A stretch of DNA of 64,000 nt. It comes from Felis catus (Eukaryota). The stretch spans positions 117,244,001 to 117,308,000 of the forward strand of contig NC_058373.1 of the NCBI RefSeq assembly GCF_018350175.1. Reading direction: 5' to 3'. Each line of letters opens with the position of its first letter. Positions within the stretch are counted from its first letter, which is position 1. The position numbers and the translations under genes were made by a program. Positions 48,946 through 62,003 of the stretch are shown here, piece after piece. Below the pieces are notes generated by a model that ran no database searches, was not told the origin of the DNA, and saw only the letters and a program-made list of their open reading frames with translations.

Positions 48946-49809
48946 ACAGCAGCTGCCATATTGGAGCAGCTGCCGGGGGCCACCTGGAATCAGCTCTGTG
49001 ATGGGGTTTCAGGCTTCCTGTGGAGCAGTGGCCAGCATACAACCATTTTGTAAACCATCAACACTTGTTTGAAGGAAGTCTTAGCAGAAAGCATAAACAG
49101 ATAAGACCTATACGAGCAGGGATGTCCCTTCAGGGATTCTCTGTGAGGGACATTGTTGTTACCCTTTCCTCAGGTCTTTCAGAAAGGAACAGGGCATAGT
49201 GATTTTCTTGAATGACTGGGGAACTCTTACTGGCATTTTAGAGGAGGGAGCTAGAGCCGTAAAAGGTGCTGAAATGAGTAGGGCAGTCCCAGACAGGGAG
49301 AAAGTCATCAGACCCCCACGGCCAGTGGAGCTCTGTTGAGAAGACTTGCATCTTGTTGAAGCTCAGATGGTCCCCCTGAATCAGCCCCCGAGGGTTCTTT
49401 TTGCAGCCTGGTTTAGAAACCTCTGGTGTAGGATGGGTTACAGGGCCACTCAGCCTTCCATCCCGGCACTCCCTGGAGACCATGAGCTCAAAGCAACCGA
49501 TCAGGAGGGCCACTCGCATAAAGCGGGGTAAAGCCAGTGGTGGGAGGGGAGACAGTTTGCCTTGCTCCCACTGGGGCCCATATTTGGATGAATACTGACT
49601 TACTTTTGAGAAGCACAGACGGCTGTCTTCGCGGTCTATCCCTCTTGTTATCAACGAGACATTGGAGGACCCCTTGATGGGGGGAAGGGGAGTGGTTTAT
49701 GGTCACAGAGTTTGATCGCCCTGCATGGTGCTAACCAGGCTGTATGGGGGTCAGATGTTTGACTGGCCTTGACATCAGGCTCCAGCCAACAGACACAAAA
49801 ATGATCTTT

Positions 49810-50005
49810 TTTAATTTTTATTTTTTTTCAATATATGAAATTTATTGTCAAATTGGTTTCCATACAACACCCAGTGCTCATCCCAAAAGGTGCCCTCCTC
49901 AAGGCCCATCACCCACCCTCCCCTCCCTCCCATCCCCCATCAACCCTCAGTTTGTTCTCAGTTTTTAAGAGTCTCTTCTGCTTTGGCTCTCTCCCACTCT
50001 AACCT
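49810..50005 (-). mobile_element. Felid-type L1 3' end, 5'-truncated
   Basis: atatgaaatttattgtcaaattggtttccatacaacacccagtgctcatcccaaaagg; perfect TSD cacaaaaatgatcttt. Confidence 0.95.
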
Positions 50006-51354
50006 CACAAAAATGATCTTTAATTAATTTCCTGTTAGCCCCAGCTAACTCAAGTTGCCAAATTTTCCCTTTCTAAATAGATAAATGATACTAGGTATTC
50101 CTCCTGACTACTTTATGTATTTATTTATTTGTTTGTTTGTTTGCAAGTGCCTCTCTCTCCCACTCTTAGGTTGTTTGGTCTCATTTCCTAGTAAGTGGGA
50201 AGGCTCCATATCCCTTCTTTGTGGCCATTCCCCAGTGAGGCTGGTCGTCACAGGAGACCTTGATGAGGTACAAGGGCATGGCCATGTTACCAAGCAGCAT
50301 GCTAAGAAAAACACTCCCCCGTGCTCTGCAAGTCTAGAAGAGGCAATATAACATTCGGTAGTGGGAAGTAATAAAAACTCTGAGAGAATTTGGCCCTCTC
50401 TGTGTAGGTGATCCGGAGTGGAGTAAATATTTCTCGTGCTACATGGTTTGCTCTGTAGGCTTCATTGTTGGCTTTCTGGGAAGCTGGTAAACAAGGCAGA
50501 GAAACGAATTATTCCCTCCAGAGTGCAGGGGCCCCACTCACCCACACAGCCCTCCTGGCTGTCACTTTGAGACACACCCCCAGCTTTCTGGAGCTGGGAT
50601 GATTGTCTCCAGTTAGCTCAGGTCTTGCAGCAATGACAAATCCAACCTATGACATTGTCTGAACACTAGGACGTTCTTTTCCTCCCGGCTTGGTTTAGCT
50701 CTGCAGAGCACAGCAGTGGCCCAGGCAAGCAACAGGTCACTTCCTTCCTACCATTCTCTAGAACCCTCAGGGCTTGTCACCTGGAATCAAAGACTTGCCT
50801 ACACTAAAGAGGATCTTAAAGGTCAGCTAACTCAACCTCCCACCCAGGATATGCCTTCCAGAACAAACCACCCACGTTGCTGATTAGTAATATTGTGTGT
50901 GGTTACTCAGTGAGTGCAATTGTGTCATTTTGGGAGAAAGGACGATCCATAGGGTGTCGGGAAACCTATGGCAGTGAGCTGGGCCCTGATAGAGGTTTAC
51001 TGTGGTTTCCAACCTTAATCATTAGTGGTTTGGATTACTGAAGTTTATAATAGGCTTTTTGGTTACCAATTATGATTCACTCCATGCCCTTTTTTCACTG
51101 TAACATGAATCTCTGACCCATTTTCTATGGTGCAGTAGCAAATGCCTAACAATTGGCAATATCCCCTTTTAATATCAGCCATTCAAATCATCACATCTAC
51201 CGAGGTGGCTGGGGAACCCCTTCATCTTCATTTTCTCGGTTTGGCATTATTTTGTGGTGCTGTCATTACCTATTTAGGTGCAGCCCTTTGTTATGCCGGG
51301 ACCTCCATTCTATGCCAGTGAAGAGAGGAGGTTCAACCAGGGAAGGAGTGAGAA

Positions 51355-51582
51355 TAGTTGTTCTCAGACTTGACTGCACATCAGAATCACCTGGGACCTT
51401 TAAAAAGATTCTGATGCTTGGGGCGCCCAGGTGGCTCAGTTGGTTAATCGTCCAATTCTTGATTTCAGTTCAGGTCATGATCTCACAGTTTGTGAGATCG
51501 AGCCGGGCGTCGGGTTCTGTGCTGATAGTGCTGAGCCTGCTTGGGATTCTGTCTCCCTCTCTCTCTCTGCCCTCCCCTGCTT

Positions 51583-51631
<49 letters not shown>

Positions 51632-51781
51632 ATAAGTAAAAACAAACTTAAAAAAAATTCTGATGCCTGGATCCCACTCCTAGAAGTTCTGATGTAATTG
51701 GTCTAGGATGCAGCCTGGGCTTCAGGAATCTTATAATCCCCACGATTAATCCCAGTTTGCAGGCAGGATTGTGAACCAGTG
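51355..51781. mobile_element. MER5A1-like element, split by a SINE
   Basis: gttctcagacttgactgcacatcagaatcacctggg...ctgatgcctgg...ttctgatgtaattggtctagg...gaaccagtg. Confidence 0.8.
51420..51652 (+). mobile_element. CAN-SINE with long (CT)n
   Basis: TSD aaa(g/a)attctgatgc. Confidence 0.94.
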
Positions 51782-53118
51782 ACCGAGGGGACTGTGCCTC
51801 AACAAAGGAGATCCAAATGGTGGTGGCCAAGAGGGGTTAGAAACAGTTGGGACATGTGACCGCATTTGACCCTCAAGATCTAATTTGGTGATAGCAGGAG
51901 TTTCAGCAGGAATGTTTATTCATTAGGTTGATGAGTACGCAGGGCCAGGACGTGGCCGAGAAGGACTAGATTGATGGCAGGGACTGAGCAGATTGACAGT
52001 TCCCTAGCAAATCAGATGGGATCTACAGTTCCAGCAGGAAGAGGTCAAATAAGGAATCAGACAAAGGGCCAGCAGTCTGGGCTGTGTCCAGAAGCTATAG
52101 TTAAAAGAAAAGGCTGCAACCTGATTGTCATGTTCACATCGGGCTTGCCACTTGCAGGGACAGCAAGGCTGACCATGCAGCCTGCTTGCTGGCTGGGTGA
52201 TGGGGTTCCTCACTTATCTCCAGGCTCAAGGCTGAGCCTGTAGGAAAACAAAGGCTGGAGGTCTTATGTCAACCAAGACAGAGGCAATCAGAGACTGATG
52301 GACATGGAACAGGGAGGTCTGGATAGAAAGGCTGGCTCTGAGTCTGTTGTAATTATCAGGGCAGTCAGTAGGACTGGCTGGAAAGGTGAAGATATTCTTT
52401 GCTGTGTCTTCTTGTGGAAGTCATTTCATCTCCCAAACCACGTGGATGACGCCCTTCAGCTCTCATTGGGAAGTGGTGAATTAGGTAATGTGTCTAAAGA
52501 TCTCTCTGGATTCCTTAGGAGAAAGGATCGTTTGAGCACTGCATAGGTAGGAACAAAAATGCCAATGAACTAAGCACTGTACCAAGGCATTCCATATTCA
52601 CCCTCAAGTGGACTCCTAGCAGCTGAAAGCAAAGGATTCTATGTGGGGAAGCTGGCTATCTGGCCACTGGAAACGGGTATGTAGCTCAGGCTTTGCAGCA
52701 CTAGAAGTCTAAGAATCTTTCGAGTCCCAGGCATGTGTATCTGTTACTCACTCGAAACTGGGGAAAGTCTCTCACGTAGACAGTCTGGCTTCTTGTCCCC
52801 TAGCAGCACAGGTGGTATGCATAGGTGTAGAGCATCCTCCCTGTTCTGGGAGGTGAGTCCCAGCTTTCTCTTCCCACCGTGCTGTGGCTGTGTGCTTCTG
52901 CAAGAGTATGTTTTCTGAGCGGTGGCTCACAAATGACAGACATTTTCAGGACTGCTGGGAAGGAGTTGGACCTTTTTCCTTGAGACAGTGGGGAGCTACT
53001 GGATGTGTGTGGACAGGCGGGCAACACGCTGAAAGAAAACTTGAGGAATGTACACTAGGCTGTCATGTGTAGGTAGGAGATAATGATATTTAACTGCTGG
53101 CTTGTTGCAAAGAGGAAA

Positions 53119-53438
53119 TGGAGGCTAGAAGTCCAAGATCAAGGCACTGGCAATGTTGGTTTCTTCCAAGGACCATGAGGGGATGGTCTGTTCCAGGTCT
53201 TTCTCCTTGGCTTGTCGATGGCTGTCTTTTTATCGTCTTCCCTCCATGTGTTTCTGTGTCCAAATTTCCTCTTCTTACAAGGACATCATTCCTGTTGGAG
53301 TAAGGTCCATCCTAATGACCTCATTTTAATTTAATTACCTCTATCAAGACCTTATCTCCAGATATGGTCACATGTCAAGGCTCTGGTGATTAGGACTTCA
53401 ACATATTAATTTTGGAGGCACGCAACTCAGCCTATAAA
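53119..53438 (-). mobile_element. MaLR LTR (MLT1B/C-like), partial
   Basis: ggaggctagaagtccaagatcaagg...ccaaatttcctcttcttacaaggaca...cctaatgacctcattttaa...taggacttcaacatat. Confidence 0.85.
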
Positions 53439-53789
53439 AACCAATCTTCTTGGAGGCTTCTCTTTTAGGGTCTTATGCTTAGGTAATTACAGACTATTTT
53501 AAGGGGTATTTAAAGACCCAACAACTCCCCCTACTCAACCTACCATCTGCCCCAAATTATGTTCATCCTCTCTTGGTGTCTTTTTCCCCAATCGTTAAGT
53601 TTAATAAAGAAGTTTGCTAAGATAATTTTCATACGCATATACTCCTTTTGCGTAAGAGTAATAATAGCAGTCAATTAACTACCTGACAAATTTGTTTGCC
53701 AAATTATGAACAAGTGCTAATGTGTGAGCACTAAGTAGGGAGTCTAAGCTGTGTGATACAGTACAGAATATGTAGACTATCCATACTAT

Positions 53790-54030
53790 GACATTGTGGG
53801 ACATAGTAAGGGCTCTGGAGCTAGTCTGCCTGGGTTTGAATCCCAGCTCTGCCTTTTTCTCTGTGCGACCTTAAGCAAATTACTATTCTCTCTGTGATTT
53901 TTGTCTTCATCTGAGCAATGGGCATAATAGTAGCACCTGGGTCAATGGTTGTTTAGAAGATAAATGAACTAATACATATAAAGGGCCTTGTCTATAGTCA
54001 GCTTTCAATCAAAGTTAGCTGATAGTATGA
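53790..54030 (+). mobile_element. MIR
   Basis: ggctctggagctagtctgcctgggtttgaatcccagctctgcc...ctgtgcgaccttaagcaaattact...catctgagcaatggg. Confidence 0.85.
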
Positions 54031-54044
54031 TTATTGTTGTTCTT

Positions 54045-54225
54045 ACAATGTTTTATGAATTATGAAGCACATCCCTGTGTGTTTTCTCTTTGCTCTTGAA
54101 ACAACCCTGTGGAGTGAGAGTAATTAGTCCCACTTCACAGATAAAGAGACTGAGGCTGTAAGCTATCACGAGAGCCATTCCAGGGCATGTGGCAGTGTTC
54201 CCAAATTCTACCTCATTATTGATGA
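54045..54225 (-). mobile_element. MIR
   Basis: aacaaccctgtggag...cccacttcacagataaagagactgaggct. Confidence 0.7.
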
Positions 54226-55425
54226 TGCCTTTTGGAAAAGAAATAGAACTCCAAAATGATGAGCTTTTCCCCGGGAAGGTGAGGCCAGAGTGTGGGCTCC
54301 TGCAGGATGACCTCAGGGCGGAGCAAGGGTGTAATCTCCTAGGAGAGAGGCATTCTGAGGAGAAAAGTGATGGAAGGAGCAAATATCGGGTGAGAAAGAT
54401 TTCAGAGAACTTTGCCTCTTGGTCAGTGCTTCACCGGTTCCGCCACTGTCCAGGTGGTCATACTTTGAACCCTTTCTGGCTGTTGCTGCTAAAGGCAATC
54501 TTTGCATGTGATGATCTCCTCCATCAGATTTGTAGCATTCAGTTGACTCAGATTTCCCAGTCCTATGCTGGCTCGGCCAGGTGACCCCCATGTGTGCATT
54601 TTATGATTCCAGTGCTCAACGTAGAGCCTGGGATTTTTTTTTTCCAGAACTCCCACTGGTATACTTGGCACGTTGAGCTGAAGTAAGTTCCTCCCTATTC
54701 TCCAAAGTGTGCTCGTCACCACTGTCCTTATTTCGTCCCCAAGCATGGACACCAAAAATTAATGGGGAGAAGTCGCTAGTCTCTTAGTGATGAAGCAGGG
54801 TTGGCAGAGGGCACCGTTGACATGTCTGTGTATTCCCAACTTGGAACTCGGCAGATGTCTGTGAAATTGACCAATCTGGCCGACTTAAATTTTTTTTAAT
54901 CCATTTAAACTGTTTTATGAAATTACTTTTTATTACATTGTAGTTATTTACGCATGTATCTTTTACCCGTTAGGCTATGAGCCAACTCATGGGTGAACAC
55001 TAAGAGGTATTTAACTTTGCACCAGAGAGTTCAGTAATGCCTGGGAAATAGCAGATGTTCAGTAAATGGTAAATGTCGTCCAAAGCGTAGATGTAACTAA
55101 GCTGCCTCCCTGGGCAACTGGAAATGCCTATATTGTGCCTTGAAGCCCATTGAATTCAGGTGCAAACATGGAAGTTATTTTAACAAACCCAGTGTGCTTT
55201 GATAAAGGCAGAATTATAGCTATTTATTTTTCCCCTCATCATCAAAGCAGCCTGTAAATTCAGAAGCTAATAAATACATAAAGGAGTGATCAGATACCCT
55301 AGAGCTGGGCTGCCATTTGTTTCACAAATGATTCCTCTTATTGAATTGCATGTGGTAGGAATGGACAGAGGTGGTGTTAGGCAGAGAAAGACTCCATTCT
55401 GTTAGTAAATTACTGACCTTGACTA

Positions 55426-55760
55426 CTATGATGGGCTGATTTGTGTTCCCTTCCAAATTCACATGTTGAAGCCCTAACCCCCTAGTACCCCAGAATGTGA
55501 CTGTACTTGGAGATAGGGCCTTTAAAGACGTGAGTAAGTCAGGGCAGGCCCTAATCCAATCTGACTTGTATCCTTATAAGAAGAAGAAATTTGGGCACAT
55601 GTAATGGCACCAGGGTTGTGTACCCACAAAGACAAGGCCACGTGAAGACACAGTGAGAAGGGAGCTAACTGTAAGCCAGGAGAGGCCTTGGCTTCGAAAG
55701 AAACCAAAGCTGCCCACACTTTGACCTTGGACTTCCAGCCTCCACAGGCTGATGGGAATG
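55426..55760 (+). mobile_element. MaLR LTR (MLT1A-like), 3'-incomplete
   Basis: aaattcacatgttgaagccctaacccc...gtgactgtacttggagatagggcctttaaaga...ccctaatccaatctgac...ttggacttccagcctcca. Confidence 0.88.
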
Positions 55761-55830
55761 GACACAGACCTTTTCTTATTTCATGGAATTATTATATCAC
55801 AGTGGACTATGAAAGAATCTATGAGTTTTT

Positions 55831-55936
55831 CAGCCTCTCTCCTTGGCTCACAGATGACTGCCTTCTCACTATGTCCTCACGTGGCCTGACCTTTGTGCAT
55901 ACATATCCCTGGTGTCATTCTGTGTGCCCAGATTTG
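55831..55936 (-). mobile_element. Second MLT1A-like internal fragment, inverted
   Basis: Reverse complement aligns with 55586-55688. Confidence 0.8.
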
Positions 55937-57650
55937 CTCGAATGTCTCAGTTCTGACCCCAGAGCCGGTCTTGGAGGAGACCAAGTGGGGTCTCCCACAC
56001 GGGTGCCATGAGTTAGGGGTCTCAAAATAGACCCCGTGGTGAAGCCACTAGTGAAATATTCTATGCCCACGAAGTTTCTGGACATCATTCTGGGTCCTTC
56101 TCCTCCAACCTCAACAATTAGCAAAACTACAGGAGTGCCGAGTAATGATGCCTTTGTTGTAGAATTTTCTTTATGGACAGCCTTGCTTGAATTAAACCAT
56201 TTGACCATATCTATGAACTAGCATGCCAGATAGTGATTGGGAAAAACTAAATGTGAGTCCTTTCTTATACTGTATTATGGTGCTTGTGTTTTCTTTGTTT
56301 TCCTCTTGTTCTTTAAGTTCTATGGGAAACCCATGGGAAGGGAAAGATTCTAGCCAGGGTATTTGACTTCAAGTAATTTCATTTCTTTTGTTCTTTCTCT
56401 CATGTATCCCACTGTGTTTTTATAATATAGTCAAGGGCAAGATTCATAGCAGAGCAGAATGCTGCTTTGAACATTTGAGTGATGTGAATTCTTTATCAAG
56501 ATTTCAGGAATCAAACCTTCATGATATTGTCCATAATTGGCACTTGTATGCACTTGGCATTGTTAATTTACATTGACTAGCATGAAAAGCCTAATTAATA
56601 TAGTAGAAAGGGGGGGTGGGGCGAACCCATCTATGTGGAAAAAAAGAAACGATTGCCCTTCTATTTCCCATGCGAGGGAAGGGTTGAGTTTATTTCAACT
56701 CATTATGGGTGAAAATACCTGCGATGGTCTTTTCAGAATGCAAACGTGGTGGAGGCTGGCCTGCCTCTGTTTCCATTGAGTTGTCTAGCAGGACGCTTGT
56801 GAGTAGACGTGCTGCAGAATTACTCTGCAAGGTGCAATCAGGGGAAGCTTATGAGTTGTGGGAAGCAGAGAGAAGAGGGAGTGAGGCGTGATGAGAAATG
56901 AGGGTCTGGAGCGGGGGTTCCTGAAGGGTTCAGCCCAGCCAGGAGATGGTCACCAAGCCAGGAGCCGGAGCAGCTGGGACTGTGGGACTTGGCTAGTGTG
57001 CAACTTCCACCCATTGCACTCCCCCAAACCTTCCTAGAAGACTGCGATGCAGACGAGAACTTGTCTCTGGGAAATTAAAACTCTCATGGTTTCCTTATTA
57101 GAGACAGTATGAGGGGCAGAAGAGCTTCACCCAGGAGGGGAAATGCAAAAATGACACTCCGTGGGACTAGCAGATCAAAGCCAACAGGTGACAGACACTG
57201 TGAGGAGGGCACTGGACTCCTACAAGAAAGTGAGATTAGTGAGTGTTTGCTTCAGACCATGATCGATACATGCATTCATAGTAACGCCTAGAAAATTGGA
57301 GATCTTGGGAGAAAGCCAGGCCCCAGACACTCGGGTTCTGCAGTTGTAGAAACTTTGAGGATAGGGAGAGAATGTGTCTGTTCAAGTGTCCTTGGAAACA
57401 GGGATTCTTCACCTTTTCCCAGGGGCGATGGCAGGAGGAAGGTGGGAGAAGGAGGAGGTCAAGAAGATGAAAACATCCCATGTGCAGGTGGTTCGTCATC
57501 TAAGAAGGTTTTAGGAAAGAAAAAAAAAATGATTGACAAATCCATGCTCTCCCAGGGTCTGCCGACCCTCCCTGTCTACAGCCTGCCTTTTAGTTTGTAG
57601 TGTTTTGTACTCTTTTATGTAAAAGGATTTTCTTAAGAGAGTAAAAGAGA

Positions 57651-57863
57651 GGGGCGCCTGGGTGGCTTTGTTGGCTGAGCATCTGACTTCAGCTCAGGTC
57701 ATGATCTCACGGCTCATGAGTTCAAGCCCCGCATCGGGCTCTGTGCTGACAGCTTAGAGCCTGGAGCCTGCTTCAGATTCTGTGTCTCCCTCTCTCTCTG
57801 CCCCTCCCCTGCTCATGCTCTGTCTCTCAAAAAATAAACAAGTGTTAAAAAAAATTAAAAAAA
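57651..57863 (+). mobile_element. CAN-SINE
   Basis: TSD agagtaaaagaga. Confidence 0.95.
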
Positions 57864-60360
57864 AGAGTAAAAGAGAACCCACGAGACAGGAGGGGGAAGG
57901 GGGTATCCGGTTATCTGCCCTCCAGGCGCAGGGGTTCAGAGCTGTGCTACTCTGCGGAAGTAAAAAGAAAATGAAGTGTTTGATCTGCAGGTTGTTTGTT
58001 TTGTTCTGTGTATCGAGTACAGCTCAGATGGGATATTTCATTGGGCTGCTCTCTGATGCGCATAGCAGCCTCTGCCTGGCCAGCCACTGGGGGGCTGGGG
58101 TGGGGGGGACTGGCAGGGGCAAGACCTGAATACAGGGTTGGAGAGCATCTCTGTGTCACACATCTCAGGCGGATCATCTTATCCGATCCTCAACACAAGC
58201 CTTTTCCATCTTAGAGATGAGGAGAGCGAACCTCAGGAAGCCTGAGCGAGTAGCTCATCACTGTGAAGCGTGTGGTGCAGTTATGTGCTCAATGTTCTTT
58301 TGTCAGCGTTGGGAACTTGCATGCCCTAACCCTCCCCTCTTCATCCTGCTTCCCCTCCTCTCCCTTTCCCTTCCCTGCCTTCCGTTTTATAGTCCATCTT
58401 GAGAGGAATGGTGGTAACTGTTGAGTAGTCCAGCTGCATTTTGAATAAATAATGACACTTAAATTTATAACCGTGTTCTATTCTACAATTTGAGCACAGG
58501 TAGCATGTCTCTGGCTATTTTTCAACAGGCCTGACCAGGTGGTATTTGACTGTGACTGCTGTCAGTTATTTTCTGCTCACAAATCCAGGGTCAGTTTGCA
58601 GAGCTCTGAAGGTGACACGGCACCAGCCACCACGGGGCTGGGTGGGACCAGGAAGGTGGGGGGTGCGTTACAGGTCCACCTCTTCTGTCTAAGGGGCGCT
58701 GCTTCCGTGGTTGCTTGACGACTGCTTCACGAGTTCCAACGAGGAGCCAAGAGCCACACCAGGGCTAGAAAAGCGGAGAAGGCAGGGCTCACGCCGGGTT
58801 GTTCACCAAGCCTGGAACACGAGTCAGACCCAGGCAAGGAAACATCACACGTACAAGCTTCAGCCTGGGGATGTAAGGAAGACTCTCTGGGGCACGTGGA
58901 CCCAGCAGGTGGATTTATGTGCAAGGAATAGAGTGTGATGGAGGAATAAAGCTGTCCAGTGGCTGCATCATCAAGAGGAAGGATGGCACACAGAAGCAGG
59001 GTCTTTAATCCGGCCTCACCTGTCACGAGCAGTGTGGTCCCCACCGGCCCAGCTGTAGGACGTCATGTCTTATATCTGATAGCTTTCTCTTAGCTCGGAA
59101 TTTAAAACCGTGTCGCTGGGTTTCCTCGGGGGCCCTGCTTTTATTTGTTGTGGTCTGGCAAAACGTACCGCACGGATTTTTACAGCTTGCTCTGTGCATG
59201 GGCATCTTTCCACCCAAGCAACATGTTTACAAATGCCAGCCCTGCGTTTTCTGAAAATACCGCTGAAAAGAGCAACTGTGTTGGGATGTGCCATGAGTGT
59301 GCGGAGACCAGGCAGCCAGCCGCCAGGACGGGCTCTTCCTGGTGAGGCTGTTGCTCAGAATCATTCTGCACGGTGCCTGTGCCTTATGTGTTCCCCAGCG
59401 CTAATCCACAAAGGGCCCGTTCTCTGTTGACATGCTGTTATTTTGGAAGTTAAAACCCTTTCAGGAGATTCCTGCTATGCTTAGTGTAATAATGCACGGA
59501 TATAGATTTGTCGCACATTCTAGACAACCCCTTTTTATGAACTCTCTGTATTACTGAATTTGTCCAATCTCCATAGGGAACATACTCTAAGAGATCCTAA
59601 TCTGAATGTTTGAAAATTTGCCTTCCCTAAGCCAGTCCCTTCAAACCACCCCTCCTTCTATCCCCACTTTTGAGACAGAGAGGGAGAGAGAGAGGGACAC
59701 ACAGAGACAGACAGACAGAGACAGACCCCACCATACCTTGATGGTTTTTTACTGGTTAGATAAGTTCCTCTTCTCTGCTACTTGCATTACCTTCCTGCCT
59801 TCAAACTCAGCCCTTCTGTTGTAATTCTGTGTTTCTTTTACTATATTTCTTACTTTCAAAGACATGTACATAAGCGGATGTTTGCAAGCCTCTTTCTCGA
59901 CGTACCTATTTTCCCTCTGGTAATCCTGAATACAGACGAGCAAATTTTCAGTGCAAGAGAATAGGGACTAGGGAATTATACTGCTTCACACCAATTCAGG
60001 AATTTTCAGGGTGGGGACGATCTCACGATATGGTGACACTGGGTGTCTTATTGGAGCCTGTCTGTGATAGGTCTCAGAAATGGACCAAAGATGGAGGGAA
60101 GTTTGAGAAACCGAAGTAAGGAAGCATGGGAGCCATTCTTAAGCCTTGAGGTGAAAAACGATCGGTAGAAGGGGTTCTATTTCATGATCTGAAAAGCTAT
60201 AAGGGAAAAATGTACTTCTTATAGACCTATTGATTTCAGCAGATAGAACACAGTTGTTGGAGGGCACTAGTCACACCCCAGACTCCACAGTTCTATTTTC
60301 TTCCTTCTCAGACATTCTTAATTTATTGTGAATGTTCTCTCTACCTAATTTTTGTGGTGT

Positions 60361-60570
60361 TTTTTTAAAGTTTGTTTGTTTGTTTGTTTGTTTGTTTAGA
60401 GGGAAAGCATGAGTGAGTAGGGGCAGGGAGAGAGAGGATCCCAAGCCGGCTCCCTGCTGGTTAGCACAGAGCCTGACATAGGGCTTGAACTCATGAACTG
60501 TAAGATCGTGACCTGAGCCGAAATCAAGAGTCCTATGCTTAACTGACTGATCCACTCTGGGGGAAGCCCC
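60361..60570 (-). mobile_element. CAN-SINE (diverged)
   Basis: (TTTG)n tail; cttgaactcatgaactgtaagatcgtgacctgagccgaaatcaagagt; flanks share gtggtg.ttttt. Confidence 0.88.
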
Positions 60571-60786
60571 TTTGGTGGTGATTTTTGAGGGCTGGTAGCT
60601 GGACTAATTTAATCATTATCCATTCCTTTCATCAAATCCTTGCGTGTATGTTTTTGCTAGATGTTGTTTTAAATGTTGGGCACTGCTTTAGATTCAGTAA
60701 TTTATTTTCACTCCTTACCAGTTCACTAGCACATTTCAAATGGACAAGTCATTTTTAAGGGGAGATGTTTTTTAAATATTTGTTTA

Positions 60787-61006
60787 GGGACGCCTGGGTG
60801 GCTCAGTTAAGTGTCCAACTTCAGCTCAGGTCATGATCTCACGGTCCGGGAGTTTGAGCCCCGTGTCAGGCTCTGTGCTGACATCTTAGAGCCTGGAGCC
60901 TGCTTCAAAATTTGTGTCTCCCTCTCTCTCTGTCCCTCCCCCCACTCTCACTCTGTCTTTCTCTCAAAAAAATAAAATAAAAACATTTTAAAAAATTAAA
61001 AAAAAT
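60787..61006 (+). mobile_element. CAN-SINE nested in the tail of the neighbouring SINE
   Basis: Degenerate TSD aa(a/g)ta(t/c)ttgttta. Confidence 0.92.
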
Positions 61007-61217
61007 AAGTACTTGTTTAATGTTTATTTATTTTGGAGAGAGAGAGACAACGTGAGTGGGGAAGGAGCAGAGAGAGAGGGAGACACAGAATCCGAAGCAG
61101 GCTCCAGGCTCTGAGCTGTGGGCACAGAGGCTGACATGGGGCTCAAACTCACAAACCACTAGATCATGACATGAGCCGAAGTCAGGCGCTTAACTGACGG
61201 AGCCACCCAGGCGCCCC
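61007..61217 (-). mobile_element. CAN-SINE (host element; its tail continues at about 60768-60786)
   Basis: Outer flanks aaggggagatgttttt / aaagggagaatattttt. Confidence 0.92.
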
Positions 61218-62003
61218 AAAGGGAGAATATTTTTAAGGGAGCTTGTTTTTAAGGGAAAGTGTTTGTTTACTGGGGGTAGTGGCCAAAAAGAGAAGATAGT
61301 AACGGACCCCACTGTGCCACCCTGCACTCCCCGTCCTCAGCTTTCAGCATCCAGCCAGGTGGGCTGCTGACAGATGCTCTTGGTCTAAGACTTGCTCTGT
61401 GGGCACCCCGTTTCTGCTCCTTGTCTTAAGGGGAAGCTCAGAGGGGTCAAGTGGAATTGCAAGCATCCTCTGAAAAAGCAAGAAGTGAACCACAGCACCC
61501 CCTCCCCAACACAGCTGGAGATCTCTAATAAGGCACACCCCTTCCTCTGTGCACCTGAGGTCCTGCCTGTGCGGTTAGCAAGGCTAGCCCTTTGATGGTC
61601 CCTTTCTTGCAAAGCTAGCACATCAGAACTAGTGGGTTCCTGTTTTACTGACTTAATAATCCTATCCTAGTTAGAAATACAAGATTGGAGTTTTAAGAAT
61701 AAAAATATTTTCTCAGACGGATTTTATTATTTGGAACAAAATGGTTTCAAATCCAGCGTACCTTTAAGTTAGATTTTTTTTTTTAATTTATAAAAACGAG
61801 ATCACAGTAACAAAACTACAGTAGTACGAAAGGCTATACAAGCAAAGTAAAATCTTCCTTCTCTCCCCTGAATCTGAGCGTGATTCAACAGGTAACACCT
61901 GTTAAGAGTTTATTCATCTAAAAATTTTATACTCGTATGCAAATAATGTATACATGTATATATGTGTATACTTGTGTATTTGTACATTTCAACCAAATAC
62001 ATG

